A stretch of 64,000 nt of DNA, taken from a virus. Its lineage: Duplodnaviria > Caudoviricetes. The notes below the pieces were generated by a model. That model was given only the letters and a program-made list of their open reading frames with translations, was not told the DNA's origin and did no database searches. The DNA is taken from IMG/VR virus record IMGVR_UViG_2811995091_000080, positions 19,460 through 83,459 of that record; one strand, 5' to 3'. Below, one piece after another: positions 16,241 to 25,824 of this stretch (the first letter of the stretch is position 1; each line of letters begins with the position of its first letter). The position numbers and the translations under genes are program-made.

Positions 16241-17210
16241 AAAAGTCCGTCGCGCTGCTCGCATCCCTCATAAATGACGGGGAGTACCGGGCATAAACCT
16301 GCTCGGTCATCCGCAGCGAAGTGTGCCCCAGATACTGGCTGATTAGCTGCATGGGCACATTGTCCTGCGCCATCCATACCGCGCAGGTGTGGCGCAGCGT
16401 GTGCGGCGAGAACGGTATCCCCGCGCGCACAGATAGCCGCTGAATCGCCTTTTTGACCGAACCTACCGGCTTGCCGCCATACTCCACCACATGATCGGTT
16501 AGGCGTGCCGCCAGCGCCAGTTCCAGCGCGGTCCGAACGCGGCTGTTCATCGGTACGACCGTGCGGCGCTTGTTCGTCTGCACACGCCCCGGCGGGCGAA
16601 AGTCGATTGTGCCGTGATCGAAGTCCACGCGATCCCAAGTGAGATCCAGTATCGCGCCAGCTCGCGCTCCTGTCGCCAGCCCCAGCGTCACGAAAAGCTT
16701 TATGTGTGGCGTGTCGGCAAGGTCCACGATCTTGCGCGCCTGCTCCTTGGTCAGCCAATTGTCGCGCGGCTTCGATGCTGGCGGAATCCATATCGAGGGT
16801 GCGGCAGTGCCGTACCTGTGGCGCAGGCAGGCCCGCAGCAACTCCAGGTCGGTTTTGATCGTGCTGTCGCTGTAGCCGAATTCCTTGCGTCGCTTGTGGT
16901 AGCTTCGGCAGTCCTCGCGCGTGATCGTGCTGCCTATCCGGTCGGCAAACTGCCCCGCCAGTGCATCCCAATGGGCCTTGAAGCGATCCGCCCGCGCCCC
17001 GTCCGCTATCCTGTCCGCGACATAGACCGGCCATAGGTCGCCTACCTTGTCGCTCTTTGCGGCTGTGAGGCGCTGCCAAATCTCTCTGGCGATGCTTTCG
17101 GCCTTTGACTCGTCAGCCGTGCCAGTCGTGATGCGTCGGCGCGTTCCTCCCTCGTCTCGGTAGGTAACGGCGAGTTTGCCTCTGTGCATTGTGAGGGTGT
17201 ATTCTGACAC
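16239..17210 (-). CDS. int: Tyrosine integrase A (probable GTG start 17210; ORF track extends to 17315)
   Basis: TGAR, PHTLRHT, YLGH, VYARY catalytic motifs. Confidence 0.93.
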   Translation of the reverse strand: MSEYTLTMHRGKLAVTYRDEGGTRRRITTGTADESKAESIAREIWQRLTAAKSDKVGDLWPVYVADRIADGARADRFKAHWDALAGQFADRIGSTITREDCRSYHKRRKEFGYSDSTIKTDLELLRACLRHRYGTAAPSIWIPPASKPRDNWLTKEQARKIVDLADTPHIKLFVTLGLATGARAGAILDLTWDRVDFDHGTIDFRPPGRVQTNKRRTVVPMNSRVRTALELALAARLTDHVVEYGGKPVGSVKKAIQRLSVRAGIPFSPHTLRHTCAVWMAQDNVPMQLISQYLGHTSLRMTEQVYARYSPSFMRDASSATDF

Positions 17211-17365
17211 TCGTACCGCTCGACCTCGCTGGCAGGTATGCGGATAAGCTTGCCGAGCGCGAAGCCCGCAAGATCTCCGTTGCGGTACATAAGCCGGACC
17301 TTCTCTGCCGAGCAACCCCAGCGTTCAGCGAGCGTCTTGGGCGAGTAGGGCTTGGGAGCGGTCAC
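17042..17365 (-). CDS. Excisionase-like HTH protein overlapping integrase A
   Basis: YSPKTLAERWGCS..VR...NGDL..F.LGKLIRIP AlpA/Xis-type winged HTH directly upstream of int. Confidence 0.7.
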   Translation of the reverse strand: MTAPKPYSPKTLAERWGCSAEKVRLMYRNGDLAGFALGKLIRIPASEVERYECQNTPSQCTEANSPLPTETREERADASRLARLTSQRPKASPERFGSASQPQRATR

Positions 17366-17366
17366 A

Positions 17367-17941
17367 TTACTCTCCGTTGAGGTGCTTGCGGACGGCTAGG
17401 CCGAGAGGGGATGCCTCACCGAAAACGCCAGTCAACCCTTTGTGCGAAAGCGCGCGGAGCGTTTGCAATGCTCGTGGATATTTTCGGTATTCGCCATTCC
17501 AAAATACGGTGGCATCTCGCCCGTGATCGGGGAGTGACCTTAAGAGACGTTTCTGCGCCTCGCTCAGCTTCCCGGCTATCTCAGCGATCTTATTCATTGT
17601 GTGCCTCCATCTGCTGTTCGTGGGCGTATCCTGCGCGCCAGTGTTTCCAGCGTTCGCTCCCCCACGGATAGCGGCAGTCGGATAGGTAGCGGCCATTCTT
17701 GGCGCTGGTCATTCCGCCGTGGAACGCCTCTGCAATCTGATCGTCGGTGAGTGGCTCAGCCATTGTGTGCCTCCTGTGCGCGGAGGGCGGTAAGGATGGC
17801 CGCCCATGTCGCAGCGGCGCTAAGGCTGCGCTCGGCAGACTGCGCAGACCCCACCTCTTCGGCGCGCTCATAATTCAACATGTGGTATTCGAACCACTCT
17901 TCGGCACGCTCGATACGCTCGGCCAGCTTTGTGTCGGTCAT
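17367..17941 (-). other. Three small early-left hypothetical genes
   Basis: Repeated RBS linker GGAGGCACACAATG; termini shared with copy B genes at 61793..62414. Confidence 0.6.
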
Positions 17942-18654
17942 TGTGATTGCTCCTGATTGGGGGTGGGCGATGGCCGCGCTTTCATCCGCTTCTGCCATTT
18001 CGAGGCTGTCGAGATTGAGATATTGAAGCGCCGCGCCAGCCTCCTGCCGCCAAGCCCCTCTTCCATTGCCTCTAGGAAAAGCGCCTCATCGACCTTGGTT
18101 TTTTGCTTGCCCCCAGGCGTTCTCTCCGGAGGTGTAAGTGAGGCCGTGACCCGCGCCCAATTCTTCCCCGCGCGAATATCGTCCACTGCGGACACCGTGA
18201 CCCCAAACTTCTCCGCGAAAACGGAAGCGGGTTCATCGCTCAGATAGATTTCCTTGACAGCCTTCTCGTTGAGTTTGGCCCTCGGGTGATTTTCGCCATG
18301 GGGCTTCGTACCATGGATTTGCATGTGCCGGTGGTTCTCAGCTTTGGTCACCCAAGCTAAATTCTCCGCTCGCGGGTCTGTCCGATCACCGTTCAGATGA
18401 GCGGCCTCAAGGCCTGGTAGGCTAGGCTCGCCGTGGAATGCTCGACAGACGAGGCGGTGAACAGTCTTGGCATACCGCTTCCCGTCCTTGCTCATGCCGA
18501 CAATCAGGTACCCATGGCTGTCATTGCCGTGGGCCAATATCTTGACGCCCCGAGCAGACGAGCGGACCCGCCCATAATTCGACACCTCATACCAGTGTTC
18601 GAAGTCAGGGCACGGTCGCCACACTTCGCCCTCCTCGGTCTGTCGGCTATTCAT
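17938..18654 (-). CDS. NUMOD4-HNH homing endonuclease
   Basis: EVWRPCP..YEVSNYGRVRS (NUMOD4), VHRLV..AF..HLNG..N, KLNEKAV repeat. Confidence 0.88.
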   Translation of the reverse strand: MNSRQTEEGEVWRPCPDFEHWYEVSNYGRVRSSARGVKILAHGNDSHGYLIVGMSKDGKRYAKTVHRLVCRAFHGEPSLPGLEAAHLNGDRTDPRAENLAWVTKAENHRHMQIHGTKPHGENHPRAKLNEKAVKEIYLSDEPASVFAEKFGVTVSAVDDIRAGKNWARVTASLTPPERTPGGKQKTKVDEALFLEAMEEGLGGRRLARRFNISISTASKWQKRMKARPSPTPNQEQSQ

Positions 18655-20917
18655 CAACGCCTCCTTTGAGTGCGGCAAACTCTCTGCAAATATCCTCGAA
18701 GCGCGGGAGCATCTTGCGTCCGTCCGCTTCTGCTGCCTTGCGTCCTCGCGCGGTAATCGCTGCTCGCAATTGCGCCTGTTCGCGCTCGATGCGCTTGAAG
18801 GCGACGATCTGCTCGGCCAGCGATAGCTGTGCGCCTGCTTTGACCAGGCGGGGCTTGTGGGCGCGGGTGGTCATGCGGTTTCTCCGCGTACCTTGGCGAT
18901 GGCGGCTTCAGCGATTTCGCGCAGATAAGAGCCATGCTCGGCAAGCGCCTTCACCTGCACCAGCGCCTCCAGCAATTCCGGCGCGGCTGCGATCAGGCGG
19001 GCATTGGCAATAGCCTCTATCGTGCCGTCCTCTTCGCCATCCCCCGGTCGATCCCATGCAGGCACGAATGCAGCGGGGAACATCGCGGGGTTGACTATTC
19101 GGTGGACCCGGCACTCAATCGACATGGGCTTCGGCCCATCAACGCTCCACGGCCCCGGCGTATGTGCTTCCTTCGCCATCATCAATTCTCCTGTCCTGCG
19201 ATAAGTGCCTCAGCCCGCGCTATGCTGGCCTGAATGCTGTCGATCTGAGCGATTGCCGCATCACACAGGGCGATTGCGGTGGCCTGCGATGCCATGCGGC
19301 CCCACTCGCGTTCGCGCAGATCCCGTGCGGCCCGTTCGTCGCAGCGCGCCTGCTGTGCCCTGCCCCCGCTCATGGCTGGGCCTCGTGGTAGGCTGTGAGG
19401 GCTTGGGCGGCGGTGGCATAAGCGAAGTCCAAAGCGCCTTCCCTGTCGTCCCAGCGATAGTTTTTACCAGCGTCGTCTTCTGCACTGGTCTGCGCCTTGA
19501 TAGCCTCCAACGCCTCGACCAGCGCCTTGACTTCTGGCTGTGCTGTGGAGGCGAGACGGTGGGCGGCGAAGGCTTGCTCAATGCAATCCCGGTTGTCGCC
19601 TAGCGTTTTGTCGCCTGCCAGTATGCGCGCGGCCTGCTTATTGTGGAACGCGGTCACTGCGGCCTTGTCGGCTTCAGTTACGTCGCCCTGCGTCACATTA
19701 TCATGCATGGCTGTCCTCCTTGCGGGCGAGTTCCATGCCGCGACGGAGGGCCTTGAGGGTGAAATCCTCAAAGCCGGCTTCGCTGGGCCACTCTGCAAGC
19801 AGCGCCCTCGCCTCGACCGACAACGGATCGACCGGCGGATCTTCATGCTCCGCGATGTAGCGGGCGAGCGCGTATTTATAGATCACGGCAATGTCCGACG
19901 AAAAGATTGTCTCGCAGTGGTAAAGGTCCACGGCCCGTTCCAACGCCCACTCGGCCACCTTCTTATCATCCATGATCTGTCTCCTTGGGGGTGGCGGGGG
20001 TCTCGATCTCTGCCCAGCATTTGGGGCAGTAGACGCAGCCCGTGTGCGGGTCGCTGCGCACCCAGCCTTCGGGGATCGGGGCGTCATCCAGCGTCGGCTC
20101 CTGCCAGACCCCGAAGCCGTGGCCCTTGCCGTTGAAGCTATGAAACTGGCGGTGAGGGATGGTGTGCGGGCCGGTTTCGAGGTGGCACCCGTCACAGGAA
20201 AGTGTGATGCGAACGGTCATGCGCCCACCCCCACCGGAGCCACACGCGGCGTAACAAAGCGGTCAGGCTCGCCCCTAAGCAGCCCTGCAATCGCGTGCTG
20301 GTAATCATTCAGGCACCAGCCAAGCGCGCTCTGCTCCGGCTGCGAAAGGTTCTCCAGCGTCGGCGCGCTTATCTCCATGTTCGCCTCGATAGTGCGGGCG
20401 ATCTTGAGGGCGCGGGGTGCGTCTGCGGGGTCGCGCTCGGCGTGGTCGCGCAGGCGGTCGATCAGGTGCGTGGCGCGAAGGATAAGGCTGTCCGCCTCGC
20501 TTGGCTTCGCATCGGTGAAGGTGGCAGGGGCGGTCATTTCGTCTCTCCCTGCTCAGGATTGACGAGAGAGAGGTCGCGCCCCTTTGCACCCTTGATTTGC
20601 ACCGTGCCGTAGTGCCACGGCCCCGGCGGGTCTTGGCTGAGATCGTAAAGCCAGAACCTCCGCTCGTTGTCGGAACTCATGTGGCAACCAACGATGTAGA
20701 AGTGTTCCCAGCCCGATAGCTGCTTTCCGGACGCGCTGGTCGCCGTGGTCTTGAACCAGACCCCCTGCCCCGGCCAAAACTCAGGACCGACCTTTGCCGC
20801 GCCTTCAATCCACTGCCACGCGATGTTGTTGGCCAGCGGCCCACCTTCGCATTCGTAGTCGCACGCGCGAAGCTGCTCTAGCGCAGTCTCAATCGACCAG
20901 TGCTTGTCCTTCGCCAT
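18647..20917 (-). other. Early-left cluster of small hypothetical genes (18647..18874, 18871..19185, 19182..19373, 19370..19708, 19701..19973, 19966..20220, 20217..20537, 20534..20917)
   Basis: Tightly coupled ATGA-type overlaps; the first four have homologues at 63139..64000; 19966..20220 has two CxxC motifs. Confidence 0.65.
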
Positions 20918-20951
20918 CTGTCTTACTCCTTTGCCAAGTGGCTGTGGGAGT

Positions 20952-21004
20952 GTTGTAGGCGATACAACTAGGGCTGTAAAGCGAAAAGTTGTATGTCGTG
21001 CAAA
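20952..21004 (-). promoter_or_regulatory. Leftward promoter PL2 with operator pair
   Basis: -35 TTTACA, 17 bp, -10 TACAAC; palindrome GTTGTAGGCGATACAAC 20952..20968 and partial site 20988..21004. Confidence 0.75.
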
Positions 21005-21427
21005 TTAATTGGCTAGGGCCATCGCCTCGGCAATGACCGTTTCTGGCGCGGTGTCGTTCATGAAGCGGGCGCATAACGGCGGGATCGAGGCTTGCACGAA
21101 TGCCTGGAATGCTTCGTCGTCCATGCTGGCAAAGCTGATGCTGCCGGGAACGAATAGCTGCTTGCGTCCGGTGTCGATCCATTCGCCGCACCCTGCCCCT
21201 ACCTTGGCGAAGTATAGCGCGGCGTCGGGCGTAAGGTGTGGGTCGCTGTTCTCGCTAATCAGCTTGAGAATTGCGAAATACAGGCGATGATACCGAGGGT
21301 TGCGAACGCGGGTGGGTTTGAGTTCCACCACATCGCCCAGCTTCATCTTGCCAGCTTGCTCCTGCGCCTTGTCATTGTAGGGGCGGAAGCCATCGGGGGT
21401 GTAGCGGTATAGGTGGCGGTCGCTCAA
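21005..21427 (-). CDS. DUF1367/NinB-like recombination-associated protein
   Basis: 'RNPRYHRLYFA', 'SISFASMDDEAF..F' motifs. Confidence 0.65.
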   Translation of the reverse strand: MSDRHLYRYTPDGFRPYNDKAQEQAGKMKLGDVVELKPTRVRNPRYHRLYFAILKLISENSDPHLTPDAALYFAKVGAGCGEWIDTGRKQLFVPGSISFASMDDEAFQAFVQASIPPLCARFMNDTAPETVIAEAMALAN

Positions 21428-21789
21428 AGCCCGCGCTCCCGTTTGGCGTCTCGGATCTCGCGAGCGGCGGGACTGTCCTTACAGAACGCCTCCATAAGAG
21501 CGCGAACGTCCACGCCTCGCCAGAAGGTTTCCTCGCCTATGTGGTGCTGCCGGTCATGGCACGGCTTGCAGAGACTCACACAGTAATAATCGCTCGGCTT
21601 GCGGCTTGCCCCGCCATCGGTGCCAAGGCGAACGTGTGCGACTTCGATGCCCGCCGTTTCGCCGCACTTGGAGCAAGCAAACTGGCGAACGTAGTCGCGG
21701 TGCTTGGTGGACTTGAAGCGACCTGTGCGGTTTGGCTTCTTCCAGGACGCCCGTTCGGCGTCTTTGTCACGGATGCGCTTAGGCAGCAT
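21424..21789 (-). CDS. DUF968-like Zn-binding HNH-type protein
   Basis: HRDYVRQFACSKCG..AHVR..G..KPSD..SLC..CH..QH. Confidence 0.7.
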   Translation of the reverse strand: MLPKRIRDKDAERASWKKPNRTGRFKSTKHRDYVRQFACSKCGETAGIEVAHVRLGTDGGASRKPSDYYCVSLCKPCHDRQHHIGEETFWRGVDVRALMEAFCKDSPAAREIRDAKRERGL

Positions 21790-21790
21790 T

Positions 21791-22015
21791 CTAGTCGCCC
21801 CAACGCAGCCCGCGCATCGAAGCCAGCGAGCGGGTCAGGTCCATGCTCGCGCGCTTGGCTGACGCGAATGCATTGCTTCGGTCAGTGGCGTTTTTCTCTT
21901 TAAGGTCCGCAATGGCCGCATCCGCAGCTTCAATGAAGCGCGTTGCCTCACATGCCGCCTCTTCCAGCGCCTCGATCCTCTTACGCTGAACTATGTCCGC
22001 CGTTCCTATCATCAC
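21791..22015 (-). CDS. Hypothetical helical protein
   Basis: RBS GGAG, coupled to next gene. Confidence 0.5.
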   Translation of the reverse strand: MMIGTADIVQRKRIEALEEAACEATRFIEAADAAIADLKEKNATDRSNAFASAKRASMDLTRSLASMRGLRWGD

Positions 22016-22207
22016 TCGCTCCTGTAAGTGTTTGGCGGGTATTGGGAGCGCCCGCCATCACTAGCCATTCCGCACGATTCCCCCTCTACTATTAAGGTGC
22101 CGGGTTTCAGGTCATCCGCGCCGTGAATGCGTCTGGGTCAACGCGGGCCTGCATCGTGAGCATTAACCACGCGGCCAACGTGGCAAAGGAGGTAGGCACC
22201 CCCGATA

Positions 22208-22699
22208 TTACGTTGTGCCCGCGTTCGTGATGAACGGGATGTCGTCGTCGAGATCGTCGTAATTCGATCCACCGCCGCGATTGGTATTGGGGCCAGTGCT
22301 GCCGAACCCGCCGCCGTTGCCGCTCGGGCTACCGCCCTGCCCGCTGTCGCTCGACTTTCCATCCAGCATGGTCAGGGTGCCGTTCAGGCCGCGAAGGACA
22401 ACCTCGGTCGAATAGCGGTCATTGCCCTGCTGGTCGGCCCACTTGCGCGTCTGCAACTGGCCTTCGATATAGACCTTGCTGCCTTTGCGCAGGAACCGCT
22501 CGGCAACGCCTACAAGGCCCTCGCTGAAAATGGCGACTGTGTGCCATTCGGTGCGCTCGTGCTTTTCGCCGTCCTGCTTCCAAGTTTCGGTGGTGGCAAC
22601 GCGCAGGTTGCACACCTTGCCGCCGTTCTGAAAGCTGCGGACCTCTGGGTCCGCGCCAAGGTTACCGATGAGCATGACTTTGTTGAGTGATCCGGCCAT
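22208..22699 (-). CDS. ssb: Single-stranded DNA-binding protein
   Basis: [21 protein letters not shown] fold; acidic DDLDDDIPF tail. Confidence 0.97.
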   Translation of the reverse strand: MAGSLNKVMLIGNLGADPEVRSFQNGGKVCNLRVATTETWKQDGEKHERTEWHTVAIFSEGLVGVAERFLRKGSKVYIEGQLQTRKWADQQGNDRYSTEVVLRGLNGTLTMLDGKSSDSGQGGSPSGNGGGFGSTGPNTNRGGGSNYDDLDDDIPFITNAGTT

Positions 22700-23328
22700 T
22701 ATGCTGCCTTCTTGTTTGCGTTGATGAATGCCTGAATGTCAGGCAGTTGCTCGTATGTAAGGGACTTGGTGCTTTCCGGCGTCAGGTGGCGCAGGAGGTC
22801 GGCAGGAGCCTTCCCAACCGATTGCAGCTGCGTCTCGACCCATTGGCGGGTTGCGTCCGTCAGCGGCCCGCTAGGGCGAAGCTGCGCAAGCGCCTTGCGG
22901 AATACTTCATGCGCCTCAGGCTTCCATGCCTTCCATTGCGCCTTGCCCTTGAAATCTTTCGTCTCGCATGGTGCCCAGACGTTGCCGAGATCGTAGAGGT
23001 AGCGTCCAATCCCCCACTGCACCGCCGCGCGCTTCAAGGCGTCGGAGATACCGCCCTTCTCGCCCTCAACCGCCGTGTTACCCGCGCCATCGGTCTTGGT
23101 GATCCATTCGTCATCAACGCGGATGGAAAGCTTGCACAGGACACGGCCTGTTGCCGTTTCGTCATAGTAGGTTGACCAGTTGGCAGGGCCGCAAACCGCG
23201 TCGAGGCGGTCCATAACGTCGCGCGCGTCGAGATAGGCGAGTGCAAGTGCGCTGCCATTCGCGGATACATGCTGCGCCCGCCAGTGAATGTCTTCCGGCT
23301 TGAACGGCGCGGATAGTCTGTCGATCAT
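22699..23328 (-). CDS. sak: Rad52/Sak-like single-strand annealing protein
   Basis: L.APF...[39 protein letters not shown]. Confidence 0.9.
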   Translation of the reverse strand: MIDRLSAPFKPEDIHWRAQHVSANGSALALAYLDARDVMDRLDAVCGPANWSTYYDETATGRVLCKLSIRVDDEWITKTDGAGNTAVEGEKGGISDALKRAAVQWGIGRYLYDLGNVWAPCETKDFKGKAQWKAWKPEAHEVFRKALAQLRPSGPLTDATRQWVETQLQSVGKAPADLLRHLTPESTKSLTYEQLPDIQAFINANKKAA

Positions 23329-23330
23329 GC

Positions 23331-23993
23331 TCAATACCCCACGGCTTCAAAGCGTTTGTGGATCTCGCGGACGGTTTCGACATCGCGCTTGCAGTAATCT
23401 GCTATCTTTTGATGCTCACCGTCCGCCCAAGCCTTCGCGACCATTGAGCCGTCGAAGTCTCCCTTGCATTGCAACCCAAGGGCTTTGCAGAGATTGTCCT
23501 GACTGATGCGGTCGCGCGGACCTGCCCACGCCACCATCGTATCGAACACGCAATCATCCCACGGCTTAGGCTGGCGCGGGAATGCCACGCTCGGCGGCAG
23601 TTTCACCCCAAGGATGATTGCCCGCCGCAGGATGAAGGGGATGTCGAAGCCGGTAATGTAGTGACCGACGAACTGGTTCACGCCCAGCTCGGGTAATGCC
23701 GCGAAGAAGCTTTCGATGATAAGCTGCTCGCACTCTTCGGCCTCCGCATGAACGGCTTGCGCCTCGCCATCGCCAATCGCAAAGCCAATCGTGCAGATAT
23801 GGCCGTGCGCAGGATCGAAGCTGGTCTTGGCGACAATCTCTTCAGCCGCCGCGTCGCCATTCTCCGCAATCCATTTGTCGATGCTCTCCTGCTTTTTGTA
23901 TTGGGCAGGTGCCTTGATGTTCTTGCGAACCTCAGCGCGGTATTCCGGCGACTGGTTCGGGATCGTCTCAATGTCGAGGTAGATCGTGTTCAT
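23331..23993 (-). CDS. DnaQ/PolB-like 3'-5' exonuclease
   Basis: YLDIETIP, GHYITGFDIPF, YCKRDV motifs. Confidence 0.85.
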   Translation of the reverse strand: MNTIYLDIETIPNQSPEYRAEVRKNIKAPAQYKKQESIDKWIAENGDAAAEEIVAKTSFDPAHGHICTIGFAIGDGEAQAVHAEAEECEQLIIESFFAALPELGVNQFVGHYITGFDIPFILRRAIILGVKLPPSVAFPRQPKPWDDCVFDTMVAWAGPRDRISQDNLCKALGLQCKGDFDGSMVAKAWADGEHQKIADYCKRDVETVREIHKRFEAVGY

Positions 23994-24166
23994 GCCGCCA
24001 CCTGCACGGTGGGTCGCTGCTGTGCGTTAGCAAGGGCTTCCGATACGGTGGAACCAATTCCGCTGCGACCGTCGCGAAGCTGCACGGAAAAGCGGCCTTC
24101 GAGGTAATAACGCACCTGATAGATGCCCGCCTCGATCATCGCTTGCGATAATGTGGGGTCGTTCAT
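23990..24166 (-). CDS. First gene of PL1 operon, hypothetical 58 aa
   Basis: RBS AAAGGAG, downstream of PL1. Confidence 0.55.
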   Translation of the reverse strand: MNDPTLSQAMIEAGIYQVRYYLEGRFSVQLRDGRSGIGSTVSEALANAQQRPTVQVAA

Positions 24167-24188
24167 AACCACTCCTTTAGTCGGAATG

Positions 24189-24242
24189 GTTGTATGCGAT
24201 ACAATCAGGCCACGCAAGCCTTAATTTTGTAAAATGTGCAAC
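24189..24242 (-). promoter_or_regulatory. Leftward promoter PL1 with operator pair
   Basis: -35 TTGCGT, 17 bp, -10 TACAAC; GTTGTATGCGATACAAT 24189..24205 and TTTGTAAAATGTGCAAC 24226..24242. Confidence 0.75.
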
Positions 24243-24251
24243 TTTTCGTCG

Positions 24252-24569
24252 CTAGTCGACCTTCGCCCCTATCAAAGCGGCTACTACACCCTCGATCTGG
24301 CGGCGCTGTTCGCGGTTGGCTTTATCCCACATCGTCCAGATAGGCGGGTTATCGGTGGGGTCGCGCTCGATCAGGCTGGCGGTGTCGGTTTTCAATGCCG
24401 CCGCCAATCGCTCAAGCGTCTCCTGGTTATACTGCAACAGGCCCCGCTCCATCTTCGACAGGTTGCCCTTGTCGATGCACGCGGCGGTGCTGAGATCGTC
24501 CAATGTCATGCGGCGAAACTTGCGCCATTCGCGCACGAAAGTCGGCTTGTGAATCGGGCTTTTGTCCAT
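24252..24569 (-). CDS. CI-like repressor (XRE HTH, no S24 peptidase domain)
   Basis: VREWRKFRRMTLDDLS..IDKGNLSKMERG HTH; divergent from cro-like gene; probable ATG 24569. Confidence 0.85.
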   Translation of the reverse strand: MDKSPIHKPTFVREWRKFRRMTLDDLSTAACIDKGNLSKMERGLLQYNQETLERLAAALKTDTASLIERDPTDNPPIWTMWDKANREQRRQIEGVVAALIGAKVD

Positions 24570-24602
24570 GCGATCATATTGCGCCCGTTTACCCCCTTCG
24601 GA

Positions 24603-24656
24603 ATTGTAAAATATACCAATTTGGGGCTTGCAATCGCTAGTTGTAGGCGATACAAC
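24603..24656 (+). promoter_or_regulatory. Rightward promoter PR with operator pair
   Basis: -35 TTGCAA 24628, 17 bp, -10 TACAAC 24651; GTTGTAGGCGATACAAC 24640..24656 is identical to 20952..20968. Confidence 0.8.
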
Positions 24657-24663
24657 CTCCTTC

Positions 24664-24864
24664 ATGGAACCCAACGAACGATTGAGCGCATGGCTGAAAG
24701 CAGCCGATATGACGCAAGCGGAAATGGCCCGTAAGTGTGGCTATGACCGTGGAAACTTTCACCGTCTGCTGAATGGGAAGCTGCGCCCCTCGCTGCACTT
24801 GGCCTTTGCCATAGAGCGCGAAACGAAGGGAGCGGTCCCCGCTGATGCATGGGTGCGTCAATGA
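24664..24864 (+). CDS. Cro-like HTH regulator, possibly leaderless
   Basis: LSAWLKAADMTQAEMARKCG..LLNGKLRPS; ATG 7 nt after the -10 box, no SD. Confidence 0.8.
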   Translation: MEPNERLSAWLKAADMTQAEMARKCGYDRGNFHRLLNGKLRPSLHLAFAIERETKGAVPADAWVRQ

Positions 24865-25085
24865 CCGCCCGTTGCCCTGATGGGCAGGACCTTGCCCATC
24901 GCGAGGCGGCGTTCTTCGGTTTCGTAGTCGTTGAGCCTGCGGATCTCGGTTTCGAGGAACTTGCGGTAGGTGCTGCGACTGCATCGCCAGTGGTTCGGCT
25001 CGTCTCCGCTGCAACTGACGCCCCTGACGCCGTGCGCGTCGAAGGTGGTCTCGGGGATGTTCTCGTAGAACTTAATCGCAGGCAT
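24858..25085 (-). CDS. 75-aa hypothetical protein antisense within the early-right operon
   Basis: RBS AGGGAGAG before ATG; non-coding-like upstream region. Confidence 0.5.
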   Translation of the reverse strand: MPAIKFYENIPETTFDAHGVRGVSCSGDEPNHWRCSRSTYRKFLETEIRRLNDYETEERRLAMGKVLPIRATGGH

Positions 25086-25377
25086 GTTCTCTCCCTGTTC
25101 TCTTTTGGAACGGTAGTCAACATGCCGGATCGAGTCCGGTCAATCTGCGCAAAAACACCTGTCCCGCATCGGGATAAGCCGTTGGCGCAAATATACAAAT
25201 TTGGAGCAGCAGCATGATTTTCGCAATCATCGCCGTTGTCGCGTGGGCCTTGTTCTTCGGCCTTTTCGTGGCGCGCGACCTCTACCTCGATCAACCGCAG
25301 GATGTGCGGGAGCGTCAGTGGGACGCCCCCTGCTGCACCGATGTGGTTTTCCCTTTCCATGACAATGGAGATAGCCA

Positions 25378-25824
25378 ATGAGCGTCCGTGCAATCCACGG
25401 CGACCGCCCCGTCTATTCCGCTTCTAACGCGGCTGATGCGCTGGGGCGCGCCCTTCATGAAATCCGCCAGCAGGACGGCCTTACATGGGCCGATGTGGGC
25501 GCGGTGCTTGGCGTCTCGGAAGACCAAGCGGCCAAGTATGCCAACGGCATGGCTACCATGTCCTTCGTCACCTACGGGCGGGGCAAGCGCGAATGGAACG
25601 GGCGCTTCTGTGGCTACTTCGAGCGCCTGTGCGTCGATAGCCGCGCCGGTAGCCAGTGCGACCATCTGGCGCTGACCAACGTCCTCTCGGCGGCCACCAG
25701 CCTTAGCCAGTCGCTTGCCGATGGCGAGATTACCGCAGCCGAGATCCGCGAGAGCCGCCAGCTTCTTGAGCAGGCCCGCGACGATCTGGATGCACTCTTG
25801 AGCAAAGCGAGGGCCGTGGCATGA
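25378..25824 (+). CDS. CII-like transcriptional regulator
   Basis: Position after cro; HTH 'LTWADVGAVLGVSEDQAAKY'; C-terminal 'LADGEITAAE' typical of CII-like proteins. Confidence 0.6.
   Translation: MSVRAIHGDRPVYSASNAADALGRALHEIRQQDGLTWADVGAVLGVSEDQAAKYANGMATMSFVTYGRGKREWNGRFCGYFERLCVDSRAGSQCDHLALTNVLSAATSLSQSLADGEITAAEIRESRQLLEQARDDLDALLSKARAVA

Noticed and set aside
15964-17079. 371-aa same-strand alternative-frame ORF overlapping integrase A and att
   Set aside because: Low-complexity Arg/Ala/Gly sequence with no motif; runs through the att site. Unlike the methyltransferase case, the main frame lacks nothing that it would supply.
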